Source of the DNA: Octopus sinensis
Taxonomy: Eukaryota
DNA: 64,000 nt
NCBI RefSeq assembly: GCF_006345805.1
Contig: NC_043012.1
Location: 38,006,001-38,070,000 of the forward strand
Direction of reading: 5' to 3'
Shown here: piece by piece, positions 1 through 12,373 of the stretch
Layout of the letters: every line of letters starts with the position of its first letter
How positions within the stretch are numbered: position 1 is the first letter of the stretch
Notes under the pieces: model-generated
The model's database searches: none
Seen by the model: the letters and a program-made list of their open reading frames with translations, nothing else
Told to the model about the DNA's origin: nothing
Translations under genes and position numbers: made by a program

Positions 1-343
1 AATGGCGTTATAGCCTTAAAGATTCGGTGTCAGCTCAATATTTCACTGGCAGAGAAAAGTTCCAATTTTTCCTAAACTGTTTGACCTTCTCTTGAACCGT
101 TTCTTACAATCAGAAACTCTTGCTAAGTGATACGGCAACCACACAAAAGCAAATGAAATGATTTTTGTCATAACTGCTGCGGTAGAGGCAGGGCGAACAC
201 AAACAGCGTTCCGAACGTAAACCACGTGAAGTCAGATTCATTTAATTGCGAGATTTCGTATACACCGCATACATATCCCTCTGTCACATTCTGTCCGCCT
301 CACTGCATTCATGCCTATGGGATTACCTCTTCCTTTACCGTCC

Positions 344-345
<2 letters not shown>

Positions 346-376
<31 letters not shown>

Positions 377-377
377 G

Positions 378-446
<69 letters not shown>

Positions 447-1450
447 ATTTATCTGTCTGTCTGTCTGTCTAAGCTCCCACATACATGCTCATACGTTGTC
501 ATACATACTCGCTCAGACATACACCCACACGCATACAGTTGCATATGCATACACGGGCGCGCGCTTACACACACACACTCACACAGAGATACACTTACAC
601 ACAGGTACACTCACATACATGCACACATACATGCATACACACGCTCACACATATAATTACACACACACATACGCACACACACACACACATACACACACTC
701 AGACAGAACATATACGCGCGCGTCCAACGGAGCTACTTTATTCGCTGTATTTCGGCATCTGAGATAATGTCAAAATTGGAATATTTTAATATACTTGAGT
801 GAGTTGGAATCCGTGTGTGTGTGTGAGCCTGTGGGTGTGTGTGAATGTGTGTGTTCGTGTGAGTGTGTGTGAATGTGTGTGAATGCGTGTGAATGTGTGT
901 GCGTGTGAATGTGTGGGTGTGTACGCATGTGTGGATGTGAGTCTATATACCTGAATATACACTATATAGACGTGTATGCGTGTGGGCGCGTATGTAATTA
1001 TGTATGCATGCAGATAATATATATATGCATATACACATACAAACACATACACCCATATATATGCACATAGATATATATACATACATATACATTAACATAT
1101 ATACATATACACATTCATATACATTAACATGTATACAAATGCATGTACATACACATATCCAGACATATTCACATACACAAACCCATACATACACATACAT
1201 GCACACTCATAAATATATAATGCAAACACATGCTTCCAGTCATATACACATAGATATACATATACATACACATATAATCAGATATACAGATTTCTATATA
1301 TACACACACATCCAGATTTATACGCATAGATCTACATATATATACACATACTACACTTGGACATATACAAAATATATTTCCACACATACACATACTCCCA
1401 CAATCATCAATTCTCTCTCTCTCTTTCTCTCTCTCTCTATGTATATATAA
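346..1450. repeat. Compound microsatellite field (TCTG/TCTA, CA/TG, TA-rich)
   Basis: Runs of (tcta)n, (ca)n, (tg)n and (ta)n; the ORFs here are low-complexity translations. Confidence 0.95.
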
Positions 1451-2291
1451 TTATAAAATTATATGTATATATAAATTTTTAAAAATGGAACAAAAAACGC
1501 AATACAGGACAATAAAGCATTCGCACAGATAGACGATACAAAGGCGGACAAGAAAAACAATTAGAAGGACACACTTAGCCAATTGAGGTGTGTTGTGTAA
1601 AGAACGTATAAGAGTACAAATAGAGCACGTTCACCCTTAAAATTCCCAAAAAGCCGGTAGTATTCTTATGGTGTGCTACCAATTCTAGTCTTAGGTATTC
1701 CTCGTGTGTGAAAATAAAAAGTAAAAAGTAAAGAAGTCAGAAGGGGGAGCAAGTACGGTTCGGCAGCTTTTTAATCGCTGCAAATGTTTCGATACTTACA
1801 GATCCTCGTATATACAGGATTTAAAGTTAAATTTAAATTAAATTATGTAACGATTTACCTGTAGAAGAAGCTCTATATGTATCTCCTCAGGTGATACTCA
1901 GTTGCTGTCCAGGTAAGTAAATCTAGATTTCCATGCTACAACATCCATGGCTAAAAAGCTGCCCGACCGTACTTACTCTTCCTTGTCACTAGGTGTCGCT
2001 GATGGATACATTTCAACATACACATACACATACACATACATATGCACATGCACCCACAATCATCTACCCTGCCGTTAATGGTTGCGGCGATGGACAAAGG
2101 ATAAATGATACGAGACGCTGGGGGTCGAGTTGGGTTCAGGCTGCCTATAATGAAGGCACAACAATCGGGAACGATTTCATAGAATTTTATTTTACCGCAA
2201 AAATAATTTTCATGTTGGTCTTGAATTAAACAAAGTTTACTCATTAGAAAGACAATTATGTAACTCTAACAAATAATTGATTGAAAAGACT

Positions 2292-2697
2292 CAGGAGTGA
2301 CCGTGTGGTAAGTAGTTTGCGTACCAACCACATGGTTGCGGGTTCAGTCCCACTGTGTGGCACCTTGGGCAAGTGTCTTCTACTATAGCCTCGGGCCTAC
2401 CAAAGCCTTGTGAGTGGATTTGGTAGACGTAAACTGAAAGAAGCCCGTCATATATATGTATATGTATATATATATGTATGTGTGTGTGTTTGTGTGTGTG
2501 TGTTTGTCCCCCAACATCGCTTGAAAACCGATGCTGGAGTGTTTAAGTCTCCGTAACTTAGCGGTTCGGCAAAAAGAGACCGATAGAATAAGTACTAGGC
2601 TTACAAAGAATATGTCCTGGGGTCGATTTGCTCGGCTAAAGGTGGTGCTCCAGCATGGCCGCAGTCAAATGACTGAAACAAGTAAAAGAGAAAAAGA
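2292..2697 (+). mobile_element. tRNA-derived SINE (family A: tRNA-like head, CORE-like ccttgggcaagtgtctt segment, internal microsatellite, 3' body)
   Basis: Head gtgtggtaag...gggttcagtccc; the same sequence recurs more than 10 times in the window. Confidence 0.85.
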
Positions 2698-3239
2698 CTC
2701 TATAATTAAGCTACCAAGGCAGGAGAAAGTCTACATACTGAGTCCATTTGGCGAACTGTTGCTGCATTTTAAGGTTGAGTGAGAGTCGTAATAACAACTG
2801 TTAAACGCAGCAACATGAATATATGGTTAGCTTAGCTGCGGGCGGCTAGAAACTGAAATTTGAGGTGAGACGTGTGAAATGACTTGGCCGGTCTCTGCGC
2901 AACATGGCCTGGCTAGAGTGGAGACACATTTGGCCCGGTTCTTCTTCAACTCTCTGCCCAGTTGGCGCTAAAACCATGACTTGTAAAGGCACATGCTAGA
3001 GGTTTTTTTTTTATAGAAAGATGCATCACTTATTTTCTCAACCTGTTTTGAGGAGAATTAGTCATTTAGAAAATGATTGTTCACCGAGTCAGTTTAGAGA
3101 ATAAACATACGTTGACTGGATACAACAAGTGAGGCTGTTTAGTGATGAGGGCTATTTAGTGATCCTTTCAGAATGGGTGATAACTTGCGTGGTGAAGATG
3201 TTTAAAGTGAAGAAGAGTTGCATACCGACAACCTCATTC

Positions 3240-3648
3240 TCTAATCCTTTCTACTAGAGGCACAAGGCCTGAATTTTTTTGGGAGGAGGAGACTAGTCGA
3301 TTACATCAACCCCAATGCGTAACTGGTACTTAATTAATCGACCCCCGAAAGGAGGAAAGGCAAAGTCGACCTCGGCGGACTTTGAACTCAGAACGTAACG
3401 GCAGACGAAATATCTATTTCTTTACTACCCACAAGGGGCTAAACACAGAGTGGACAAACAAGGTCAGACAAATGGATTAAGTGGATTATATCGACCCCAG
3501 TGCGTAACTGGTACTTAATTTAATGGCCCCGAAAGGATGAAAGGCAAAGTCGACCTCGGCGGAATTTGAACTCAGAACGTAACGGCAGACGAAATACGAC
3601 TACGAATTTCGCCCGGCCTGCTAACGTTTCTGCCAGCTCGCCGCCTTA
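3240..3648 (-). mobile_element. Two tandem bodies of a second tRNA-headed SINE family (family B)
   Basis: The block gaccccgaaagga.gaaaggcaaagtcgacctcggcgga.tttgaactcag occurs at about 3340-3390 and 3525-3575 and again at about 38990-39040; the head ggcggcgagctggcag reads on the minus strand from 3648. Confidence 0.8.
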
Positions 3649-3916
3649 ACCGACATGAGATATCGTTGTACCTGGATGAAACATGGTTGTACAAATATAA
3701 TTGGCACTCCGTCGGTTGCAACGACGAGTTTTCCATTTGATCTAAGCAATGAAGCATCCTGCTCGCGAAATGAATGTGTAAGTGGCCGAGCACTGCACAG
3801 ACACATGTGGACCCTTAACATATTTCTCGGGGAGATTCAGCGTGACACAGAATGTGACAAGTCTGGCCCTTTTGAATTACAGGTACGACTCAGTTTGATT
3901 CCAGCAGTGACCTGAA

Positions 3917-3997
<81 letters not shown>

Positions 3998-3999
3998 GG

Positions 4000-4030
<31 letters not shown>

Positions 4031-4031
<1 letters not shown>

Positions 4032-4145
4032 TTTCCATACAATAACCATCAGAGCATCACAACAAATCACAGCACATACCCAAGGCACACAGAGCTGCGC
4101 TCGGTAGTGAAGTGAAAGCACGCTATAAAAATAAAAATAAAACTA

Positions 4146-4150
<5 letters not shown>
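4031..4150 (+). mobile_element. 120-bp 3' end of Dong-like family A inserted in (TAA)n
   Basis: Near identical to the reverse complement of 8432-8545; (taa)n on both sides. Confidence 0.9.
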
Positions 4151-4209
<59 letters not shown>

Positions 4210-4254
4210 GAAAAATACCTTAGGAATGAGAACTCAGGTTCGAAATTTCCCCAA

Positions 4255-4299
4255 GACACCTGATAAAGGCTGGAGAGCAAATCAACGGAAACGTTGTGT
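4255..4299 (+). ncRNA. Degenerate minimal type I hammerhead ribozyme
   Basis: gacac-CTGATAA-a-ggctg...caacg-GAAA-cg-T-T-gtgt; core G8 mutated and stem II damaged. Confidence 0.6.
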
Positions 4300-4991
4300 A
4301 AACAACAAACAAGATGAGGACAAATATCCGTCAAATGTAAATAATGTAAATAAGGTAGAACACATTTTTGCCAGTTGAATGGACTGGAACAACGTGAAGT
4401 AAAGTGTTTTGTTCAAGGACACAACACGCTGCTAGGAATCGAACCCACGTCTTTACGATCTTGAACCGAATACCCCTAACCACTAAACCATGCGCCGCCC
4501 TCACTTGTACCAACATAAAGTATGGTTGTACCAATGTCATGTACCAAGCAGACGGTCCAGTAATTAGTTTAGCTGTGACAAGATTGAAAGATAGGAATGA
4601 AAATTTGAAAGAAAGAAAAAATTGTAGAAATTTCAAAGAATAATGAATAATAAAACGAAAATAGGAAGGAACAAAATAAATGGGAAATAGTTTTTATCAT
4701 TTACATCTGCATAAAATTGAATTGAATTTTATTTTCATCATCCACATGGAAATAGAAGAAAAAATTGGAAAGTTTGAAAATTGAAATTAAAATTTGAAAT
4801 AAAACCGGCGACAACAACAGCAGCAGCAAACAACAGCGGCAACAACTACAGCAACAATAAGCTGACAGTATGAGTCGCATTATTTATCAGAACTGTGTCA
4901 GACGATCTGAATGATTTTTATAATATTGTTAATTTTTAAGAATATTCAAATTCTCTCTATCTCCCTCCCCGTCTCTCTCTGTAAACACACA

Positions 4992-5057
<66 letters not shown>

Positions 5058-5091
5058 CATATAGGTTGTATTACATTATATTATATACCTG

Positions 5092-5152
<61 letters not shown>

Positions 5153-5410
5153 CTCTCTCTCTCACTCTCACACATACACTTGCATACATATAAGAAACAA
5201 TATCTGAGCTAAGAGAAATAACTCAGAGTAGACGATTTCATGTATTTGAATAGTAAAGAGGAATAAAGGCCTATTAGATATCATATACAATAAATTCTTG
5301 GTTACTGAAATTATCTCCGTTTCTGATGAGGGTAGAACAATCGATTAGTGGCAATTGGAAAGGGGAGATAATCTCACGAATCAAGCGGTATCTGAAATAG
5401 ACATGCTGTG

Positions 5411-7280
5411 AGGATAAAGACAGTCTGGTTGTCTGGAGACAAGGGAACAGCTGTGGACCCGTCTTTCTGCCCCAGTTGGTGCACTCTGCACTGCATTTTG
5501 CCGAACACATCTCCCGTACAACGACACGATTGGAAAGAGGGGATAACCTCAAGAACCTAGAATTATTTAAAATTAGCATGCCATTAAGATAAAGGCAGTC
5601 TGGTTGTCTGGAAACAAACGGACAGCTGTAGACCCTTCTTTCAACCTCAGTAGGTGTCCTCAGCACAGCATTTGCCCGAACACATCTCCAGTAGAACGAC
5701 ACAGTTCAAAAGGGGAACTAACCTCAAGAATGTAGAATAACTTAAGATAAAGACAATCTGGTTGTCTGGAAACAAACGGATAGCTGTAGACCCTTCTTTC
5801 AACCTCAGTAGGTGTCCTCAGCACAGCATTTGCCCGAACACATCTCCAGTAGAACGACACAGTTCAAAAGGGGAACTAACCTCAAGAATGTAGAATAACT
5901 TAAGATAAAGACAATCTGGTTGTCTGGAAACAAACGGATAGCTGTAGACCCTTCTTTCAACCTCAGTAGGTGTCCTCAGCACAGCATTTGCCCGAACACA
6001 TCTCCAGTAGAACGACACAGTTCAAAAGGGGAACTAACCTCAAGAATGTAGAATAACTTAAGATAAAGACAATCTGGTTGTCTGGAAACAAACGGATAGC
6101 TGTAGACCCTTCTTTCAACCTCAGTAGGTGTCCTCAGCACAGCATTTGCCCGAACACATCTCCAGTAGAACGACACAGTTCAAAAGGGGAACTAACCTCA
6201 AGAATGTAGAATAACTTAAGATAAAGACAATCTGGTTGTCTGGAAACAAACGGATAGCTGTAGACCCGTCTTTCAACCTCAGTAGGTGTCCCCAGCACAG
6301 CGTTTGCCCGAACACATCTCCAGTAGAACGACACAGTTCAAAAGGGGAACTAACCTCAAGAATGTAGAATAACTTAAGATAAAGACAATCTGGTTGTCTG
6401 GAAACAAACGGATAGCTGTAGACCCTTCTTTCAACCTCAGTAGGTGTCCTCAGCACAGCATTTGCCCGAACACATCTCCAGTAGAACGACACAGTTCAAA
6501 AGGGGAACTAACCTCAAGAATGTAGAATAACTTAAGATAAAGACAATCTGGTTGTCTGGAAACAAACGGATAGCTGTAGACCCGTCTTTCAACCTCAGTA
6601 GGTGTCCTCAGCACAGCATTTGCCCGAACACATCTCCAGTAGAACGACACAGTTCAAAAGGGGAACTAACCTCAAGAATGTAGAATAACTTAAGATAAAG
6701 ACAATCTGGTTGTCTGGAAACAAACGGACAGCTGTAGACCCTTCTTTCAACCTCAGTAGGTGTCCTCAGCACAGCATTTGCCCGAACACATCTCCTGTAG
6801 AACGACACAGTTCAAAAGGGGAACTAACCTCAAGAATGTAGAATAACTTAAGATAAAGACAATCTGGTTGTCTGGAAACAAACGGACAGCTGTAGACCCT
6901 TCTTTCAACCTCAGTAGGTGTCCTCAGCACAGCATTTGCCCGAACACATCTCCAGTAGAACGACACAGTTCAAAAGGGGAACTAACCTCAAGAATGTAGA
7001 ATAACTTAAGATAAAGACAATCTGGTTGTCTGGAAACAAACGGACAGCTGTAGACCCTTCTTTCAACCTCAGTAGGTGTCCTCAGCACAGCATTTGCCCG
7101 AACACATCTCCAGTAGAACGACACAGTTCAAAAGGGGAACTAACCTCAAGAATGTAGAATAACTTAAGATAAAGACAATCTGGTTGTCTGGAAACAAACG
7201 GATAGCTGTAGACCCTTCTTTCAACCTCAGTAGGTGTCCTCAGCACAGCATTTGCCCGAACACATCTCCAGTAGAACGAC
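5411..7280. repeat. 158-bp tandem array (about 10.7 near-identical units, 5584-7280) preceded by a diverged unit of about 175 bp
   Basis: Near-identical 66-aa ORFs recur every 158 bp; a diverged copy lies at 5411-5583. Confidence 0.97.
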
Positions 7281-7402
7281 TGAATATTGGTGGAACTTAT
7301 AAATTAAAACAGCCACCAAGTTGAAACAGAACCGGCCAGATTTTCTGCATTATTTACATTATTTACATTTGACGGATATTTGTCCTCATCTTGTTTGTTG
7401 TT

Positions 7403-7448
7403 AACAAAACGTTTTGGCTGATATACCTTCCAGCCTTCATCAGGTGTC
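7403..7448 (-). ncRNA. Minimal type I hammerhead ribozyme (GAAA mutated to AAAA)
   Basis: gacac-CTGATGA-a-ggctg-gaaggtatat-cagcc-AAAA-cg-T-T-ttgtt. Confidence 0.7.
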
Positions 7449-7538
7449 TTGGAGAAATTTCAAACCTGGGTTTTCATTCCTGACGTATTTTTTCGATGTT
7501 GTAGTTGTTGTTGTTGTTGTCGTCGTTGTTGTCGTTGT

Positions 7539-7570
<32 letters not shown>

Positions 7571-7583
7571 TTGTTGTTGTTAA

Positions 7584-7626
<43 letters not shown>

Positions 7627-7657
7627 ATTATTATTAATATTATTGTTGTTGTTGTTG

Positions 7658-7725
<68 letters not shown>

Positions 7726-7738
7726 GTTGTTGTTGTTG

Positions 7739-7792
<54 letters not shown>

Positions 7793-7793
<1 letters not shown>

Positions 7794-8202
7794 TTTTTTT
7801 TCTTCTTTCAAATTTGCTTCCATTTCTTGCCGAGTGTCTTCCCGACTCCTAGGGCAAAGAAACTCATAGTATACATTGGTAGGCCATTAAACCAAACTCA
7901 GTAGTTCGTTCATTTTTTTTTTAAAGTTAAATTAAAATACATGAGCAGCAACAGTTCTCACATCGACAATGCTCTTCTCAATACGTGTGATGTACCAGTT
8001 AAGACAATCTTTTGCACTTCTTGCAGGGATGGTAAGCCAGGGATCATTCTCATATAATTTTCGGTTCCCTTCTTGATCATTCCTAGTGCTCCTACGATCA
8101 CTGGTATTGTAACCGCCTTGAGATGCCACATTTTCTCAATTTCAATGAGCTTGTCAATTTCAATGAGCTTTTCTGAGCTTGTCAAACTCTTTCGCTGAGA
8201 TA
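7793..8202 (-). mobile_element. R4/Dong-like family B, 5'-truncated 3' fragment (copy 1)
   Basis: Encodes EIEKMWHLKAVTIPVIVGALGMIKK...LRRALSM, the C-terminus of a restriction-like endonuclease; sits in (TAA)n. Confidence 0.9.
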
Positions 8203-8255
8203 TTATTATTATTATTATTATTATTATATTATTATTATTATTATTATTATTATTA

Positions 8256-8314
<59 letters not shown>

Positions 8315-8431
8315 ATTATTATTAATATTATTGTTGTTGTTGTTGTTATTATTATTATTATATTATTATCATTATTATATTATTATTATTATTATTATTA
8401 TATTATTATTATTATATTATTATCATTATTG

Positions 8432-11400
8432 TTCAGTAGTTTTATTTTTATAGCGTGCTTTCACCTCACTACCGAGCGCAGCTCTGTGTGCCTTGGGTAT
8501 GTGCTGTGATTTGTTGTGATGCTCTGATGGTTATTGTATGGAAAGTGTTCTGCGTAGGATGTGTGCAGTGCCTAGTAGTGCAATTTTCTGTATGTTATAT
8601 GTGTTTGTAAGTCCTGGTGTTTTTGTTATGTATTTGTCTGAATATTTTTTTATCATGCCTAATGCACCTACTATGATAGGAATTGTTTCTGTTTTTAGAT
8701 TCCACATTCTGGTTACCTCTGTTTCCAGGTCTTTGTATTTTGAGAGTTTCTCCATTTCTTTTAGAGACACGTTGTCATCTGCCGGTATTGATACATCAAT
8801 TAGAAAGCATTTTTTTCTTCATGATCTCTGACAACTATATCTGGTCTGTTGGCCTTAATTTCTCTATCTGTGTGTATTGGCATATCCCAGAGTATGGTTG
8901 CTTTCTCGTTTTCTGTGACCTTTTCTGGTGTGTGCCTATACCATCTTTTTTCTGTTGTTATTCCATAATGTTGGCACAGCTTCCAGTGTATGTAGGTTCC
9001 AACTCTGTCGTGTCTGTGAATATATTCCTTCTTAGCCAGGACTGGGCAGCCAGAGATAATATGATTTATTGTTTCTTGTCCATCTCCACATATTCTGCAG
9101 TTACTTGTTATATTTCTTTTCATTAAATGTTTTTGGTAATTTCTGGTGGGGAGGCTTTGGTCTTGTGCTGCAATTAAAAATCCCTCTGTCTCTGCTTTGA
9201 GTCCTGAGCTTCTCAACCATTGCTGGGATTTTTCTTTGTCTATTTCTTTTGCGTTAATTTAGTCCAGTATTTACCATAAAGGGGCTTTTCTAATCCAAAT
9301 TTCATATCTATTTCTTTGGTAAATCCATGAACTGTCTTTAATAGTGTTTCCAGCTGTTTGTCATTTGTAGCGTATAGTTTTAGGTCATCCATATATAAAA
9401 GGTAGCTGATCGTTTTGCCGTAACATTTATATCCGAATCCAATTCTATTTAGCATATCAGATAGAGGTGACAGTGCCAAGCAGAAAAGGAGTGGAGAGAG
9501 CGTGTCTCCCTGGAATATTCCTCTTCTAATGGGGATGGCTTTGGTTTTCATGAGTCCTTCTTTTCTTTGGAGCTGTAGCATGTCTGCCATTTATTCATAG
9601 AGTGTCCTATGTATTTTATAATTGCTGGTGCTACTTTGTTAATGGCTAGTGTTTCGAGGATCCATGTGTGGGGAATGCTATCAAACGCCCTTCTTTAGTC
9701 GATCCAGGCCATACTGAGGCCTTTCTTCTTTCTGTGGCTGTCTTCAGTTACGGCTTTATTGATCATTAGTTGAACTTTACAGCCATATGAGCCTTTGCGG
9801 CATCCTTTCTGCTCTTCTGGAAACAGGTTGTTTTCGTCCAGGTGCGTGTTCAATCTTTGCGATATTACTGCAGTAAATGCTTTGTACATTGTAGGGAGAC
9901 AGGTTATAGGTCTGTAGTTTTCTGGTTTTGCTGTCTCATTTGATTTGGGAATTAAGATGGTTTTCCTCTTCGTGAGCCATTCAGGCATTATCTCTGGCTC
10001 TGCCAGTATGTTGTTAAAGTTTTCAGCCAGCTTTTTGTGCATTCCTTTTAGATATTTCAACCAGAAGTTGGGGATCTTGTCATGCCCAGGTGCCTTCCAG
10101 TTGCTTAGTCTTTGCAGTACCTGGGTGACCCCTTTAGTTGTTATGGGGGTCAAAGTTGCTCAGATGCTGAGTTTGTTGCTTTAATACTCCTGTTTTTTGG
10201 TTGTTCATTCGCCGACCATATTTCTTTCCAGAATTCTTCCACTTCTTCTGCCATTGGTGCTGCAGTGATGTCTATTTTATTTTTGCCAAGTTCTTGATAG
10301 AACTTTTGGGGGTTGGAGTTGAACTGTTTGTTTTGTTCAAAGAAACGTTGGCGTTTCTCATACCGGCGGATCCTTTGTGCTTTGGCAAGGATATCTTGCT
10401 TCAGCTTTTCTTTTATCTCAGGTAAATCTTTTTCTGTGATGTTATATTTGCGGAGTATTTTTGTTTTCTTTTTATTGCTTTGTAGCGTTGATTGTCTACT
10501 GATTTCATTAAGAATCGACAGATCTTTTCTCATTTCTTGTATTTCTTTTGATGTTATTTATCCTCAAGGTTTGTTTGGGTGGTGGTACTCCTGCTTGGAT
10601 GGGTTTGAGTGAGTATCCAGCTTTTTTTTTGTGGCTGCAATGGCTGCTGCATATACTATGTCATTTAGCTCAGTGATATTGCTATTTGTTTCAGTGGCTA
10701 TTAGTTCCGTGACGACTAGGTTTATGCTGTTTATAATTGGTGTTGTTATTTCGTTTATTTTGATTCTTGGGAGGTATGGTCGATGGTTCATTTTGAGATC
10801 TGTGGTTTTCAGTTCTTTGATTATTCTACTTTTTATAGTATCATAATCATTAGGCTCCCCTTCGTTGTTTCTAGGTTTTAGATTTGTTTCGCTTTCTTTC
10901 TCATTCGTATGTTTGTCTGTTGTGTTTTGGCCTACTGCTTGTCGTGCATTATTATGCATCCTTACGGTCTGGTTTCGTTGTTTTTATTTTACATCGTTTT
11001 TGTTGGGAATGTTACGTTTGTCTTCGTGTTTTACTATCTCAGTGTTTATATTATTGGGCATTGTTGTGTGGCTTCTATCTACATTTTCCTCATGTATTTT
11101 TTCTTTTAAATGTTTTATTTCTATTTCTGATATTTTTTTTGCGTTGAGAATATATCTTCGTACGTTAGCTAGTTTATTAGGTTTCATTGCTGTATCCAAG
11201 TGTTTATTTATGTTATTTTTCTTCCATATTTTATATGTATGTGTTGTGGTGTTTTTGTTCTTTGGGTAGAGCACTGCTGTAAAGTAAGCGTGTAGGATAG
11301 GAATGTATTCCTCACGTGTCCATTTATGTCTTCTTGGTTTAATTTGCCGGACATGAGGAACAACGTCCGGCCCATTATTTTGACGGTCGTCATTTTCGTA

Positions 11401-11774
11401 GGGTACCGGTCCGTCCATTTCTGCTGTCACATTGTTTTGCACGTGTAGTTTTTCGTACTTTTTGTGTAGTAAGTTTAAAGTACGCAATTCCCGATTGTTA
11501 TTCTTGGGTTGAATAATACCGGTATTATTTAATTTGTTCGTAGTTTTTTTGAACATGGTGTTTGGGGCCGGAGATGATCTGGTGTTGATGGATTGTAATG
11601 TATCAAGCATATTTACATGTTGTGCTGTGTTAGAGGTGGAGATGATATCGAGTTAAAATACATCATTTCGTTTTGAAAATAGTAATAAATTTCAATGAGT
11701 ATTACTTACTCGGATATAGTCCAATCCTTTGTCAGTTATTTTTTGGCTCCATGCGACGTCTTTGTTTCCGATGT

Positions 11775-11776
<2 letters not shown>
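8432..11776 (-). mobile_element. R4/Dong-clade RLE non-LTR retrotransposon (family A), near full length, defective
   Basis: N-terminal KWTREEY, RT motifs (WKAPGHD, NYRPITCL, GIFQGDTLSPLLF, LLYMDDLKLY), CCHC finger, RHD and RPDIVV...ID endonuclease; both ends abut (TAA)n. Confidence 0.95.
8531..11610 (-). pseudogene. Disrupted single ORF (RT + CCHC + PD-(D/E)xK endonuclease) of Dong family A
   Basis: Seven ORF-track segments in correct domain order, with frameshifts, a nonsense codon (AWID*RRAFDS) and an internal deletion at about 9287. Confidence 0.92.
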
Positions 11777-11824
<48 letters not shown>

Positions 11825-11828
11825 ATTA

Positions 11829-12238
11829 CTTTTTTTTCTTCTTTCAAATTTGCTTCCATTTCTTGCCGAGTGTCTTCCCGACTCCTAGGGCAAAGAAACT
11901 CATAGTATACATTGGTAGGCCATTAAACCAAACTCAGTAGTTCGTTCATTTTTTTTATTTTTTTTAAAGTTAAATTAAAATACATGAGCAGCAACAGTTC
12001 TCACATCGACAATGCTCTTCTCAATACGTTTGATGTACCAGTTAAGACAATCTTTTGCACTTCTTGCAGGGATGGTAAGCCAGGGATCATTCTCATATAA
12101 TTTTCGGTTCCCTTCTTGATCATTCCTAGTGCTCCTACGATCACTGGTATTGTAACCGCCTTGAGATGCCACATTTTCTCAATTTCAATGAGTAGGTCTT
12201 TATATTTTCTGAGCTTGTCAAACTCTTTCGCTGAGATA
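11829..12238 (-). mobile_element. R4/Dong-like family B, 5'-truncated 3' fragment (copy 2)
   Basis: ISAKEFDKLRKYKDLLIEIEKMWHLK...; near identical to 7793-8202 with the same truncation point. Confidence 0.9.
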
Positions 12239-12240
12239 TT

Positions 12241-12291
<51 letters not shown>

Positions 12292-12298
12292 TATTATT

Positions 12299-12373
12299 CA
12301 GGTCTGTGCCTGGAATTGAACTCAGAATCTTGGGCTTAGTAGCCCGCGCTCTTAACCACTACGCCATATGCCC
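12299..12373 (-). other. tRNA-like Pol III head (SINE head, not a functional tRNA)
   Basis: gggcataTGGCGTAGTGGttaag...GAGTTCAATTCC: A box starts at tRNA position 8 and a B box is present; the acceptor stem does not close and is followed by (aat)n. Confidence 0.8.

Larger units (their letters stand above)
3893..4352 (+). mobile_element. 5'-truncated copy of the composite tRNA-head/(TAA)n/hammerhead element
   Basis: B-box end gtttgattccagcagtgacctg, then (taa)n, then the HHR module; bounded by degenerate 12-bp direct repeats aggtacgactca / aggtagaacaca (9 of 12 identical). Confidence 0.7.
3697..4521 (-). mobile_element. SINE (family C) split by the 3893-4352 insertion
   Basis: The body ends at aggtacgactca (3892) and resumes at tttttgccag (4365); a tRNA-like head lies at about 4430-4500; flanked by atggttgtac(a/c)aat repeats. 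Confidence 0.65.

Noticed and set aside
43-225. ORF with a GPCR TM6-like stretch (FAFVWLPYHL)
   Set aside because: No other helices in frame, the TM5-like piece is in another frame and too close, and there are no supporting splice sites.
226-1450. Long His/Thr/Tyr/Ile/Cys/Val-rich ORFs here and throughout the window
   Set aside because: They are translations of CA, TA, TATC, AAT and GAA microsatellites.
1772-1823. Possible hammerhead remnant on the minus strand (TACGAG-gat...atc-GAAAC)
   Set aside because: The core is too damaged to call.
1891-1918. 22-nt micro-exon candidate (ctcctcag|...cag|gtaagt)
   Set aside because: No partner exons or recognisable protein; such signals arise by chance.
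5660-7124. Repeated 66-aa ORF as a tandem gene family, or a CRISPR-like array
   Set aside because: The 158-bp period is not a multiple of 3, starts are non-ATG, and there are no unique spacers.
12299-12373. Functional tRNA with an ACT anticodon
   Set aside because: The acceptor stem does not pair, the anticodon arm is irregular, and it runs into (aat)n, so it is a SINE head.
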